A program made the position numbers and the translations under genes. The notes below the pieces were generated by a model, which made no database searches, had not been told where the DNA came from, and saw nothing but the letters and a program-made list of their open reading frames with translations. Source: Podarcis bocagei (Eukaryota). Taken from it: a DNA stretch of 64,000 nucleotides. The stretch lies in assembly GCA_964188305.1 (NCBI GenBank), contig OZ076890.1; one strand, 5' to 3'. This document shows, in pieces, positions 26,001 to 36,410 of this stretch. How positions within the stretch are numbered: position 1 is the first letter of the stretch; each line of letters opens with the position of its first letter.

Positions 26001-29000
26001 AGGGGAAAAAATTATTTCCTCCCCAGGTGCGCTGCGCTAATCCCGAAGCTTGGGGCGTGCGGAGCTCAGCATGCCCCAAGCTTCTGGGTGCCAGCAAGGT
26101 CTCCGCTAGCCATGGGAGAGCCGCGCGGCTCTCCCAGGGCTAGCGGAGCACTGCGCTAATCCCGAAGCTTTGGGCGTGCGGAGTTCAGCGCGCCCCAAGC
26201 TTCTGGGTGCCGGCAAGCAGTTCGCTAGCCCTGGGAGAGCCGCGCGGCTCTCCCAGGGCTAGCGGACCGCTGCGCTAATCCTGAAGCTTGGGGCGTGCGG
26301 AGCTCAGCGCGCCCCAAGCTTCTGGGTGCAGGCAAGCTCTCCGCTAGCCCTGGGAGAGCTGGGTCTCCCACAGCTAGCGGATAGCTTCCTGAAGCCTGGA
26401 GAGCGAGAGGGGTCGGTGCGTACCGACCCCCCTCACTCTCCAGGCTTCAGCGAAAGCCTGCATTCGCCCCATAAGACGCACACACATTTCCCCTTCATTT
26501 TTGGAGGCGGAAAAGTGCGTCTTACAGGGCGAAAAATACGGTAACCTCAAACCACACTTTATGAAGTTGGCTCGTTTCAACAACAATAGCGAAGACTAAC
26601 TACAGTTCAGGGTTTGTACATGACATTAAACTGTAGTTTACCTGAAACAGAAGCTCCAAATCTGCTTTTTGCAGTTGCACTTGAGGGGAGGGGAAGCGTG
26701 AGCTTGAGTGCCTTCTGCAACTCATCCTTGCAGCGTTAAACCAGAGTTTAATATTATCTGCAAGCACAGCCACTAATATTAAATTACAGTCTTACTTTTT
26801 AAGTAGAATGTTTACCTGTATAGAAACAAGTCCTTTGCAAGCCATTTGGTTCCAATGATTTTAAATATTATTTCATAGGTCTCTAGTGCCTTTAGGTGCA
26901 CTCCACTGGGCAACGCTGGATGTAAACACTGGGATAACCTCTTGCTAATAATCAGACGCCTTGGTAAAAGGGAGTACTTCAAATTACTTTGAAGAGCCTG
27001 TAAAATAATGGTAGGAATTAAATGTTATAACTTACATCAACATTAGTCAGCAAATGAACTTAGCCAAAGCTTTACTGTAATCTTCTACTTAACAGAACTA
27101 GCCTTCAGAGAGCTGAGGCTGCTGAAGAGGCCAAAGATCACCTCAGCTGTGAGTCCTGGAGAACCTGCTCCCTGCCTTGATGGCCTTTTCCCACATGGCC
27201 TGAGAGGGTGGGGCCTAGACTGACTCCAGTTACAAAAACTGAACCTGCCGAAAACACTCTTGGGCTGGAGTACTGTTTGTGTGTGTGAGGGGGCTATTGC
27301 TGTTACTAGTTTAAATTGTTTTGTACCTTTATTTCAGATCTTATGTGGAAATTGTTTCAATTTGGTTGTGTATTTTTGGTGTTTTATTTATTGTTTATGG
27401 CTTTTCTTATGTTGTAATTATGTATTTTTTCATGCTGTAAGCCACCTTGAGCATGGTTTTGACTATGGAAAGACAGCACAAAAATCAGATTATGTATGCA
27501 TGTTGTTACTAGCAGACTTATGGGGACATGGGTAGCGCTCTGGTCTAAACCACTGAGCCTCTTGGGCTTGCTGATCAGAAGGTTGGTAGTTTGAATCTGT
27601 GCAATGGGGTCATCTAGTTCACCCTGCTGCAATGCAAGTATCTCAAAATGTGGTCCCCATACAATTTGACTATGTATACAGTTGCGCTACTAACCCCTGT
27701 TCACCACTCTGAATCTAGGGATTGGTTTCAGAAGGACAGAATTGTGTTAAACAAAGGCATGTTTTGTGGCATAGAATAGTAATAGTTCTCTCTTTTCACG
27801 GAAGTCCTAGAACAGGCAGAATATGTAAAAGCTAGAATATATAACTGGGTTGGGAGCAATTAGACAGAGTGTAAACATCTGGACTATTTGTTAAGGGTAT
27901 GTGAATTGCTATGCTGAGTTTGCAAAAGTAAACTGATCAAAGATGCAAACGACTGCAGCTAATTTGTGATCCATAATGCAAAAGAATATGGCATTAGAAA
28001 AATATTTAAAAATTCATTCAACAGGGTTTCCCCCCCCTCGTGTTTTTTATTACAAATTTAAACCCATCTTGAAAATTTTGCTAATCATTTTCATTTCTAC
28101 AAACAAATGGATATGGGTGTGCAAGGGCTGTATTGCTATGTCACTCAAACATTCAGCTGAACAGCTCGTGGGGGCACTAAAACTTCTTATCAGAAGGACT
28201 CAGTTACTCTATTTGTCACATGATAAGGAAATAGTATGAAGCAATGGTCCACACATCATGCTAAGCCAGGCCTTGCCTCAGTGCAAATGTGTGGGTTCTC
28301 AGGAAGGTGCTCACAGCCACTTTGTTCTTCTCTGGTCCTTTTTGGTGCAGGAGTGAGCTAAGCTAAGGTTTTCTTAATGCGTCATCTGAACCTGGCTGAT
28401 AGTTAAGCTCTTGCCTGACTAGCAATGAGCTGTATTATTATTAATACTAACAGTAATAGTAATAAGAATAACCCACCCTTCTGTCTATGTTCCCAGGGCA
28501 GGTCAAAACAATTTAAACTGCAACATTAAAAATAGCTTAAAGCAAACTACCTAGTAGTTTTAAGGCAACAAATAAATTTTGAAATACTGTAAATCAAACA
28601 CTGTTCAACATTACTATGACAAGTTAGCCTGGTCAACATCTGCTACAACATCAAGACCTGTCAACTGGAAAATCCCCACTATCCTGTTGAGAACTTAGTT
28701 TATACCATTAAATCTAATTAAGACCAATTACAATCACTGCCCATAACACCAACGAGGCATTTAAGACCCAGAAGTTCAGAATGTGATTTACTACCTGCAG
28801 CAGAAAAAGCCAAGAAAAAAACCCTACACATGCAAGTTTGAAGCAGATGGGGAAAGAGTATTAATGCACATGTAAGCAAAGGTAGTACTATACAGCTTTG
28901 CCTGGCACACATAAATTAAGTGTGCATCTCAAACTAAGATTAATTTGCAAGTAGTCATTCTGCCTTGACCACTCCATTTATGTGCAACAAATACCTATGT

Positions 29001-32000
29001 TCTAAGCAAATGGAGCACATTCCAGTGAACATTTCAAAGAAAAAACTTATTTTCCAAGGTTTTCCTGTTGTGTTATGCCAGTGCCTAGCAGCTACGGAGT
29101 AGTTACAACTGAAGAAGCAAAGAACAAACTAGGTGAGTATGGTCCCCAATGTTAATTTTTTTCTCTCTCTCCAAAGATGGGGAAGTTAAGCAGTTCCTTT
29201 CCCCTGCCGTTCCTCTACTTAACTTGTAGCCTCCCACAGCTGTTCTTCATTAAACATACTCACACAAAATGAAGAGACTGTTACATGCATCTGTTGCATA
29301 ACGTATGCTGTGGCCATGAGTAAGAGTTGCTCTGCATGATTCTGTTCCATCGCCAATAGGAAGAAAATGCTACCATTTCCATACCAACGTGAATAGTCAG
29401 TACATAAAAGCCCATATTAAAAATAGGTAAGACGGTCGTGGTAGAATTGTTACAGAAAACTTCAAGAAAGAACAGGGATGAAAAGAAAGCAATAGGAGCT
29501 GGCTTATGCACATTCACAGAGGCAATGGCAAAAGTGAGATACAGCAAAGATTTTTTAAATATTTTCTATATGCTGTTATAAAACTTGCAGCTGGCCAGCA
29601 TATAGGAGGGAATAAGTCTAAGAGGACGCCTGCTATAAATACATGCAATTCATCTACAAAAGGAAGTATGTTTCCCGATTCAAAAATTACCGACAGTCAA
29701 TCAATACAATTTGTATAAAACTCACTGACTGATCAACAAATTTATTTTAGGACTATTAGCCTGCTATTAGGATTAGCTACTACAAATATTTTTGCACATG
29801 CCTGTTAACTCAGACCAAGCTCAAAGTGTACAGGATTACAGAGTAAACTGGGATTGGTCTGTGCGGTGCCACACCACTGACCTCTCAAGGGCTGCAGCTT
29901 ATAAGAACTGTGAGGAGATGGGTCAGGGTGCTGGAGAAGTCAGGGCTACACGGGTGCGCCAAGAGTGCCAATCCAGCGCTCCCACCAGTGTGCCTGTGCA
30001 GTCTCTACCTTGCTGCCACCCTGACCTACCCTGCACCATTTAGGTAAGTGGCAGCAATGCTTTTGTCAGAAGGATGGTAATATGGCACCACCTCATTACC
30101 CCAGATACTACCTTGGCCCACTTGGGGCACTTGATGTCCTTGGGGCAGGCACCTCTAGCCACCCAAAGGGAGTGGGGAAGATAAACAAGCCATCACACTT
30201 TCTGGGTCCAGTTTCCCACCCCTGATATAGGTTACTGCAAAACAACGAAAGGATTAGTAAGTATGCCTCTGTGGAACAAACAGGTATTGAAGAATGTGCA
30301 AGCAAAGCATAGCCTAAACCAGGGTTTCCGAAGCTGTGGTCCATGAGCTAAATTTCAGCTGATCTGCAGTGTTTCTGAATTAGGACTAGGTGATACCAGC
30401 TTTTCAGCATCATGGTGTATCACCAGCCAATATACCGTGATATACCGTGATGTTGAAAAAACATGCTGCATTGGCCTCTGCCCACGAGACACTGGGTGAA
30501 ACTGCCCCAGCTCTCACCTCAAGGGGTGAGGCTGTTTCACCCAGGCTTGTGGGCTGGGACAATGCAGCTTGTTTGCGCCACTCAGCTGGGCGGGCGGGGC
30601 GAACGTCCTCAGTCGAGCAGTTTAAGATGCAGAGGGAGGAACAAGCTGTATCGGCACCTCATCAACACAGCTTGTTTCCCCCCCTCTCCGTTGCAAGAGG
30701 GAAGAGTGGGATGGCGGTTTCACTCAGTGATATACCGATATATTGCCCAGTCCTAGTCTGAATTTGTGGTTGAAGTTGAAAGACAGCGCATCCATCATAC
30801 TGAAGATTCATACTGATTTTTAATTGTATGGTATTTTTATTGTTTCTTACATTGTACAACTTACCATTCTATGAAACTGCAATTGCTGCAACAGGTAGAA
30901 AACTCATTAAATGGTCTGCCAAGACCAGGCATAGGCAAACTCGGCCCTCCAGAAGTTTTGGGACAACTCCCATGATCCCTAGCTAACAGGACCAGTGGTC
31001 AGGGATGATGGGAATTGTAGTTCCAAAGCATCTGGAGGACTGAGCCTGCCTATGCCTGGCCAAGACCGTCAGCAATTCTCAAGTGGTTCAAAGGGGGTGG
31101 GGTGGGAACTGATCTGTCAGGCTGCATGGGAGACCTAATTCCCTTGGGGATAACTCAAGCTGAAAACGAAATGAAGTTTGGGACAGGACGGAGAACAGTG
31201 AAACTAGAGGAATTATTGTGGAAATAGAAAAAAGGAAGCACAGATATTTCCCTGTTCCAGGGAAAAATGGAACGTGTGGAAGTCTTTTCTTAAGGCCTCA
31301 CAGTGACCTAGGAGTTTATCGCAACAACTGATTTACCAGAGCTAAAGGGAGCTTTTCCTTTTGAATTATGGGTCATGGTTTTACTCTACAGAAACAAGTG
31401 TCATGCAGGCAAAGGCAATGATGGGAAACTGAAAGTAAGCAAGTTTTTAAAGGTTCCCTTCAGTCTCTAAAGGAAGGCAACTTGTTTCCCTTGAGACCCC
31501 TTAATTGGGGAAAGGAAGAGATGGGTTGAAAGGGGAGCAGGAGGCTTAGGTACACAGCTGTATCAAAATCAAGTCAAAGATAGAAGAAGGGTAGGAAACA
31601 ATGGGGGGAAAGGAGGTAGGAAGGGGAGCACGCCAAATTAGGGTTGGAGAATTTGTCTCAGGAGATATCTCATGAAGGCTGAAGAACACCAGGGTCCCTG
31701 GAGAGAGAACTCTTAAAAGATTTTGCCTTCCTTGGGATGAAGCGATTTACAGTATTTGGTAAGCTGGTTGGACGCAAGCCTCCTAGCTACTGGCACTGAG
31801 TGAAAAAGTGGAAGCAGGTTCCATGTGCATAACTAGACAGGATCAAGGTCAACAGAGCCATCTTCTTGCGTCATAATGACATCAGGTGATTGGCACGGAA
31901 AGTGCATCTTCAGAATAGGTTGCCATAACCACCAACTGGGAGCTACACAGACTTCCTTTGAGCTTTGACAGATGCCAATCAGCTGGAAGGAACTGGGAGA

Positions 32001-33595
32001 GTGCCTTCAAAAGGGCTTGCTCTGGAGAGAGAGAGAAATGCTCTGTTTTAAACAGGGCATTTCCCCCTCTGCACAGGAAATGGCTTGGATTGAAAGCACT
32101 GTGAATCGTTTTTTCCAACTCTTTTGGATGCACTAGGGAGCTGCAAACAGGGAACTCCTCAGGGCGGCTGATCCCAACTGACTGGTGTTGATAGGGAGCT
32201 CCTCTTGCAAAGGAAGAATCAGGAGCTCTCTTTAAGATCCCGACAGTTCCTTCCTAGCTGCATATGTAGGAGTGGTTTTTGACAAATTCTTTCATGGGTC
32301 AAATCTGGACCAGAACCAGGCCTAATTAGGCTTGCAGGGTAGAGATTCCTCACCTCTGGCATCAGGGTAAGCACATATTCTGTTTATTATAGCTTATATA
32401 TGCTGCTGTTTAACTATAAGCCCTTGCTTTGCACAGTTGCATCCAAAACGATGCTTTTTTGGAGTCAAAGTGCTAAGGCAGGGATGAAGAACCTTTTTAA
32501 TCCTGAGTGCCACATTCCCTTTTGGATAACCTTCTGCGAGGTGGCACATACCTGTGGTGGGCAGTGCCAGAGGCTAAAGGAGGCAGAGCAATGAACATGA
32601 ATTTTACTTTTGTACAGTAAACTAGTTTCTGCACATACTCACACACCCTTCTTGTATCTTCCATCCAGGCAAACAAGAAGCATTACCCAAGCTTAAGGAC
32701 ACATTCTAGCCAGGCAAAAAATATTAATAACTGAGCGTGTAAATCAAGGCAGGAGAGGGATATGGCTGGGGAGAGCTGAGGGCCATATAGAAAGGCCCGG
32801 AGGGCTGAAATTGGTGTTTGACCCTGAGACTCCCCCCCCCTTCACTGAGTGGTACACTTAAGCTGGCAACAAAGCTGAGCTCCTTAGTGACATGAAATAC
32901 GAAGTGAGAATTTTGCTGTTATATGTGTAACTTGGTTCCATCACAACGCATTCAAACCACAACAGAAAAGTGACCAACCATTCTTGAAAGCTGTCACACT
33001 ACACAGAGTAAAAAACACTGTTAACTCACGTCAGTGATATGGGAAGTTGCATCACTAAAGGGTCATGAATCGTTCATTTTCAACCCAACACATCACGGCA
33101 ATTCATGACTTAGGAAATTTCAAAGAAGCTACAATTTCAAGAGAATCAACTGGATTTTTGGAAGCATAGTTGTCCACATAATCCAGCATGGCGGTTTGGA
33201 GGGTTTTGTTGCTCTGCTGCTATCTGTCCCTCCAAACTATCATTTGCAGCTGCTTTTTGTACTTCTGTAAAAATTGATTTGTTTCATTTTGCAACTGCCT
33301 TTTGTACTAGAATACCATCCAGAATCTGCTTATCAACAGCTTGTCAGAATGATATACAAACTGTAAACCTGCCTACTAGCTGTCATTATGTGCTATAAAA
33401 TTTTCATTTTTATTTTTTTGAACAACAGTAAGAACAGCAAAAAAACAGATACTGTACCTTGTTAAGTTTACCAAGAGAAGATATAAGATCTGCCCATTCA
33501 CTCGATGATTCAAAGTTCCTTAAAGCTTTATCAATTGCTGAAGAATAATTTCTGTATCTATAATCACCAAGCAGCTCCTGCTCTTCAGGGTCCAT
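246..33595 (-). CDS. DOP1B: DOP1B (DOPEY2) Dopey-family leucine zipper-like trafficking protein, 5' part: 17 coding exons; the gene continues beyond the left edge
   Basis: Spliced translation [19 protein letters not shown]...[21 protein letters not shown]...[14 protein letters not shown]...[12 protein letters not shown] matches DOP1B as I recall it. All exons have GT-AG boundaries with consistent phases, and synteny with CBR and SETD4 agrees. Confidence 0.97.
681..731. repeat. (GT)n(AC)n microsatellite
   Basis: Seen directly. Confidence 0.95.
1012..1112 (-). CDS. DOP1B: DOP1B coding exon 16
   Basis: [33 protein letters not shown]; 101 nt. Confidence 0.95.
2309..2461 (-). CDS. DOP1B: DOP1B coding exon 15
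   Basis: [18 protein letters not shown]...HALLDHDK; 153 nt. Confidence 0.95.
3511..3782 (-). CDS. DOP1B: DOP1B coding exon 14
   Basis: [20 protein letters not shown]...EKTDFYQ; 272 nt. Confidence 0.95.
3932..4350 (+). mobile_element. 5'-truncated L1/Tx1-type LINE 3' end
   Basis: Perfect 17-bp TSD TATGAGTGCATAGGTAC (3915-3931 and 4351-4367), an ORF2 C-terminal-like peptide ([28 protein letters not shown]) and an A/AAT-rich tail. Confidence 0.75.
5324..6014 (-). CDS. DOP1B: DOP1B coding exon 13
   Basis: SPTGEE...[14 protein letters not shown]...[22 protein letters not shown]; 691 nt. Confidence 0.95.
6130..6921 (+). mobile_element. CR1 LINE, 5'-truncated, young
   Basis: Intact ORF2 C-terminus ([12 protein letters not shown]...[15 protein letters not shown]...RRLRGDMI) and (ATTCTATG)n tail. 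Confidence 0.95.
7027..7478 (-). repeat. Copia 3' LTR
   Basis: Direct repeat of 11208-11659, preceded on the minus strand by the PPT at 7479-7486. Confidence 0.95.
7532..8400 (-). pseudogene. Copia RT C-terminus plus RNase H, out of frame after the deletion
   Basis: [14 protein letters not shown]...[10 protein letters not shown]...RPDISYAV...YCDSDWG...STESEY...IDNQ...ADVLTK. Confidence 0.92.
8382..10970 (-). CDS. Copia gag-protease-integrase polyprotein, truncated at the start of RT
   Basis: Zinc knuckle [14 protein letters not shown], protease [14 protein letters not shown] (HRKMGH..CNVC), integrase D-D-E ([23 protein letters not shown]), RT start [10 protein letters not shown]. Confidence 0.93.
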   Translation of the reverse strand: MASQPVQMAFERLNDSNYLLWSERMQAVLQRDRLWQVVSKFPTKPDDEDLDKDQRARATIVLGLEDSQLPYVRGIKTARGVWQALKELHVRETAVSKLFIRKALYKAMLQPGVTMQEHLHSLQLKFSALQERDCALDQQEKVAIILSSLLESWDNLVLSLEGIQEPDLSVSYVTGRLIEEWQKRQERSVAAEASTGGRFGRSSHAVPEVKQKQRTGEESAFAVRRCFRCGSSAHLKRQCPELVKSQLPVQEQRRDQQQQQRKKKFFKRKQSAQLVTGEVKIADEKQAVWVVDSGASRHIVNSDELFVSKNSAQRSQVALADGSTSEVISGGAVYVPCLRECLQNVLCVPSLRSNLMSVDCLLKAGFKVYFEGDSCIIKKAGEILGTAKSEGGLFWLKAGSQVAAVVSKSQPDNKAIHDNCVHLLHRKMGHACWKSVLKMSELADGGNLKSCNKYLDCNVCKKVKTHRVSYPRSDRVSEAPLQLVHMDVIGPFAVSRGGSRFSLTIVDDATRYSWVFPMKNKGDVFTKFKGWVASVERFLSVKLKRIQTDRGGEFMSNAFKDWLQKCGIGHRKTNVFSPEENGVAERKNRSLQDMMFAMLDDADLPMSYWGESMLTACYLQNRLFHQTIGTTPYFKLFQKKPKIDHLHVFGSKAWVLIPKQMRKKGDPKTKQLVFVGYQELGKGFRFAEGTNGIVISRNASFCEHSGWERLHANTEVWFEPSQELHDSEGKHRESESEGEESSDKSSQESGRPVAKQQKRGRSSEEESGSEEKFSPRRSKRQNKGVPPVRFSPDTANVFSVSAEPKSFQEVLKLPKEEAERWKQAMEEEMSSLNEHKVFTPVAAPEGAKIVGCRWVYKRLRPG
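11208..11659 (-). repeat. Copia 5' LTR
   Basis: Starts TGTTCAG on the minus strand and is followed by the PBS GGTTATGGG at 11198-11206. Confidence 0.95.
12597..12788 (-). CDS. DOP1B: DOP1B coding exon 12
   Basis: [15 protein letters not shown]...[14 protein letters not shown]...; donor ACT|GTAGGT chosen to keep phase 0; 192 nt. Confidence 0.9.
13476..13572 (-). CDS. DOP1B: DOP1B coding exon 11
   Basis: [32 protein letters not shown]; 97 nt, phase-consistent. Confidence 0.88.
14346..14465 (-). CDS. DOP1B: DOP1B coding exon 10
   Basis: [39 protein letters not shown]; 120 nt. Confidence 0.94.
15109..15229 (-). CDS. DOP1B: DOP1B coding exon 9
   Basis: [40 protein letters not shown]; 121 nt. 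Confidence 0.93.
16265..16688. mobile_element. Solo LTR (probably Gypsy-type)
   Basis: TG...CA termini with perfect 5-bp TSD GTTAC (16260-16264 and 16689-16693); GC-rich relative to its flanks. Confidence 0.8.
16965..17760 (-). mobile_element. L2 LINE 3' fragment with AAC/AAT microsatellite tail
   Basis: [24 protein letters not shown]...[20 protein letters not shown] is the L2 ORF2 C-terminus; typical GCCGCCTTGAG 3' UTR. Confidence 0.85.
18086..18200 (-). CDS. DOP1B: DOP1B coding exon 8
   Basis: [10 protein letters not shown]...[17 protein letters not shown]; 115 nt. Confidence 0.93.
18900..19530 (+). mobile_element. Older degenerate CR1 fragment
   Basis: Degenerate [26 protein letters not shown] and NGFKLQERR motifs with a CR1 3' UTR. 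Confidence 0.85.
19142..19214 (+). mobile_element. 73-bp young CR1 3' end nested in the older CR1
   Basis: Near-identical to 6833-6915; flanked by ATCTCC duplication (19136-19141, 19215-19220). Confidence 0.85.
19851..19960 (-). CDS. DOP1B: DOP1B coding exon 7
   Basis: [14 protein letters not shown]...[13 protein letters not shown]; CAG/GTGCG; 110 nt. Confidence 0.92.
20600..20850 (-). mobile_element. Degenerate tRNA-derived squamate SINE
   Basis: tRNA-like head on the minus strand (TCAGTAGTAGAGGACATG...GTCCCGGGTTTAATCC); related remnants near 1800-1970, 4367-4520 and 58970-59110. Confidence 0.45.
21636..21759 (-). CDS. DOP1B: DOP1B coding exon 6
   Basis: [41 protein letters not shown]; 124 nt. 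Confidence 0.94.
22318..22416 (-). CDS. DOP1B: DOP1B coding exon 5
   Basis: [33 protein letters not shown]; 99 nt. Confidence 0.93.
22878..23339 (+). mobile_element. CR1 LINE 3' fragment, young
   Basis: Only about 6 differences from 6443-6905 by eye; ATTCTATG tail. Confidence 0.95.
23653..23842 (-). CDS. DOP1B: DOP1B coding exon 4
   Basis: [38 protein letters not shown]...; 190 nt. Confidence 0.94.
25489..25659 (-). CDS. DOP1B: DOP1B coding exon 3
   Basis: [19 protein letters not shown]...[10 protein letters not shown]; 171 nt. Confidence 0.94.
25934..26541. mobile_element. TcMar-Tc2/pogo-type non-autonomous DNA transposon with internal 119-bp hairpin tandem repeats
   Basis: TIR CCGTATTTTTCGCCCCATAAGACGCAC / GTGCGTCTTACAGGGCGAAAAATACGG, TA duplications at both ends, about 3 internal units from 26031. 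Confidence 0.88.
26816..26997 (-). CDS. DOP1B: DOP1B coding exon 2
   Basis: [49 protein letters not shown]...; CAG/GTAAA; 182 nt. Confidence 0.95.
27521..27625 (+). mobile_element. Sauria SINE 5' fragment
   Basis: GGGGACATGGGTAGCGCTCTGGTCTAAACCACTGAGCC...GATCAGAAGGT is homologous to the reverse complement of 60480-60555. Confidence 0.7.
30381..30755. mobile_element. Non-autonomous hAT element
   Basis: TIR TAGGACTAGGTGATA / TATTGCCCAGTCCTA, 8-bp TSD TTCTGAAT/GTCTGAAT, subterminal ATACCG repeats. Confidence 0.7.
30926..31058. mobile_element. hAT MITE (palindromic)
   Basis: CAGGCATAGGC...GCCTATGCCTG with perfect 8-bp TSD GCCAAGAC. Confidence 0.88.
31115..32245. mobile_element. Probable long solo LTR
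   Basis: TGTCAGG...CCCGACA inverted termini, imperfect 4-bp TSD GATC/GTTC, purine-rich LTR-like interior. Confidence 0.5.
33458..33595 (-). CDS. DOP1B: DOP1B coding exon 1 (start codon)
   Basis: [14 protein letters not shown]...SSLGKLNK, donor AAG|GTACAG; 138 nt. Confidence 0.96.
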
Positions 33596-34881
33596 TTTAA
33601 ATTTTCATAGCCAATATGTTCTTGGAAACAGAAACAAAAACAAACTCTGGTCAGATCTTAATGGCATTTTATATACTGTACTCATTATTTGTTAAATGTG
33701 TATGCAGTTGTCCTTAATGAGGGTCACTAAACACACAAGATTAGCTGATTTAATGCTCTTCTTGCTGAATTAAATTCTACCAAAAAATGTGATCCCACTG
33801 CTTTGAGGCTGTAGTTCAGTTCCAAAGATGCTTTGAAACTGCAAGAACCATTCACTGTTTCATACAAAATCTCGGAAATACAAGAAAGTTACTCATCAGT
33901 TATTTTACTGATAATGTGACATGATAAGATAATTAAATACTCCAAACTGCACACATTCACATATACTCGAATGTCCCACTTTCTAGGACAAAATACCCGT
34001 TAACATTCAAGGCTGTGTTGATACTTGAAATAGTATTGCTACAGACATGTCTGCTTTTTTCTTCATCTAGAAACCCTAGTATTTTATATTAAAATTGCTC
34101 TCACTGGAATCAGATTAGTAATTTTTCTGTTATGGGAAACCAAGAGGTTTTTATTTATTCACTGTAAGAATGACAATAGACAATTGCTCTACTCGGTACT
34201 CGTAATTCATGAATCCTATGCCGGTTCAGTTGTATAACCAAAGCACGTCAAACTGCACTAATGGTTAACAAATCACAGTTTTTCAGGCTCAAATAAGCAT
34301 CTAAAAATGAAAATTACTGCAAATTGGTTCAGACTACAACTTGGCATTACATGCACAAACAGGCTTGAGCCTCGGGTTGGTGTGGACTCTCTACCACTTC
34401 ATGCACATGATTTCTGCACTTGCTTCCGGATTCTCAGCAAACCATAACTTGCCATTTTGTCTGAACTGGGGTAAATCACTGTTTGCCTACAAGTCAGGGA
34501 TTGATTTTGGCAAACAAGTAAGCAATGGTTTGTCCAGTTTGGACAACACGACAACTCAAGGCAAGGCGCGCACACAAGCCTGCCACCCAAACCTTTTCAT
34601 GCACATAATGTTGTATATCAAACATTTTAACCAGCAGCAATGGAAAGGAATCCATAATTATATATGGCAAGCCTGTCATTAGGGTCTAACAGTACACACT
34701 TCACTACTAAAAGAAAATAGGTTTTAGGCATTTGTTGCAATTGACTCAGAGTGAAACTTGAAGCAGGTGTGGCTAGCCTGTGGCCCTCCAGATGATGTTG
34801 TAGTCCAGATGGGAGTTGTAGTCCAGAAACAGCTGGATGACTACAGGTTCCAAACTCCATTCTCACGTGCATTACTTGGTT

Positions 34882-35017
34882 CAGGCTTCTTCAAACTCGG
34901 CCCTCCAGATGTTTTTGGCCTACAACTCCCATGATCCCTAGCTAGCAGGAGCAGTGGTCAGGGATGGTGGGAATTGTAGTCTCAAAACATCTGGAGGGCC
35001 GAGGTTGAAGAAGCCTG
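34882..35017. mobile_element. hAT MITE (same family as 30926)
   Basis: CAGGCTTCTTCAA...TTGAAGAAGCCTG, TSD ACTTGGTT/ACTTGATT; an older relative lies adjacent at about 34764-34855. Confidence 0.85.
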
Positions 35018-36191
35018 ACTTGATTTAATTGGTTTGCCAAATTTAGCAACTGTATATATTGCTTCTGATACTATGTTTTCATTTAATTAACATTTAATAA
35101 AATAAATGTACAGTAGTGATTATTTTTTTTCCCATCTGTCAGGAAACTGAGATATGTTTTAATTCACAGAGGCAGATGTAAACAGGAACTGAACACTTTC
35201 CCGCAAGCCTCAGTGAGCAAGTTAACAATTAACTCTTTATAAAGGCAAAAGCAAATGTAGATAGAAGGAGTTGCTTTCTTAGATTAAGAAAGCTGCTCAG
35301 TATGCTATATTATTAAGTGGGGGATCTTGGAGAAACATACCAGCCATTCTTATCATATGACTTTAGAAGCTATGGGCTGTATTTGCTGTAGCACTAAGGG
35401 TATCTTTCCATTTGTGACAGCATTTTTGCTTACCATATGTAACAATACTCTCTCTCTTCTTCCCCTGCACACTGTTCCAATGGTTCTCTCAAGGGAAATC
35501 CCATTGTGCTAGCAGAAGCCCTTGTCCTGGCTTCTGCAAGTGCAATGTCCTAGTTGAATATGGCTCATATATTTTAATAGTCAATAAAATCTTCATGCTG
35601 GGCCTTTCAGCAGCTTTCATTACTATCAACCACGTAGAAAATGATGTTGCATGTGCTACATCTTAATAACCATGAGAGAAAGTGTTGTGTATTTTTCAGG
35701 CAAATGGCCATGACTTCATGGTGGCAGGGGAGTTTAATAAGGGAAAGACACAGTCAAAAGAGGCCACAAAAGAGACAAGATCAACTCAGTATTCAGAACT
35801 GCTATTTGGAAACCCTAACGGCCTCCCAGAAACCAGTTTGAAAAAAGCACCAGCAAAGGTATCTATGTCTGTGGTGGTGAATTGTCCCACACACCATGAG
35901 CCCCAGGTGACCAGCTAACATCTTTCTAAAAAGAGTAAGCTTCTAGCAGTCAAGGAAGTGAGATATGAGACAAAATGTACAGCTGCTATTTTTCTCATTT
36001 TACTAGCCTTTTTCACTAGCTGATGCAGACTTTAGTCTAGCAGAAGTCCCTCTAAGCGGCTGTATTCTTATCAATACCTCCTGCACAGCAGGCAGAAATA
36101 TTCCTGGTCAAGAGCTGGAAGGACAAACATCCTCTATTATCAGAAGTGTGCAGAAGAAATAAAGTGATCAGATCTGCCCCCTAATCAAAAT

Positions 36192-36410
36192 TACCTCTGG
36201 TTACAAACTTAATTCATTCAAGAGGTCCGTTCTTAACCTGAAACTGTTCTTAACATGAGGTATCACTTCGGCTAATAGGGCCTCCCACTGCCGCCGTGCG
36301 ATTTCTGTTCTCATCCTGGGGCAAAGTTCTTAACCCGAGGTACTATTTCCGGGTTAGCGGAGTCTATAACCTGAAGTGTTTGTAGGTGTTTGTAACCCAA
36401 GGTACCACTG
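36192..36410. mobile_element. Tigger/pogo-like MITE, partial
   Basis: Homologous to 48718-48943; right end GGTACCACTG. Confidence 0.75.
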
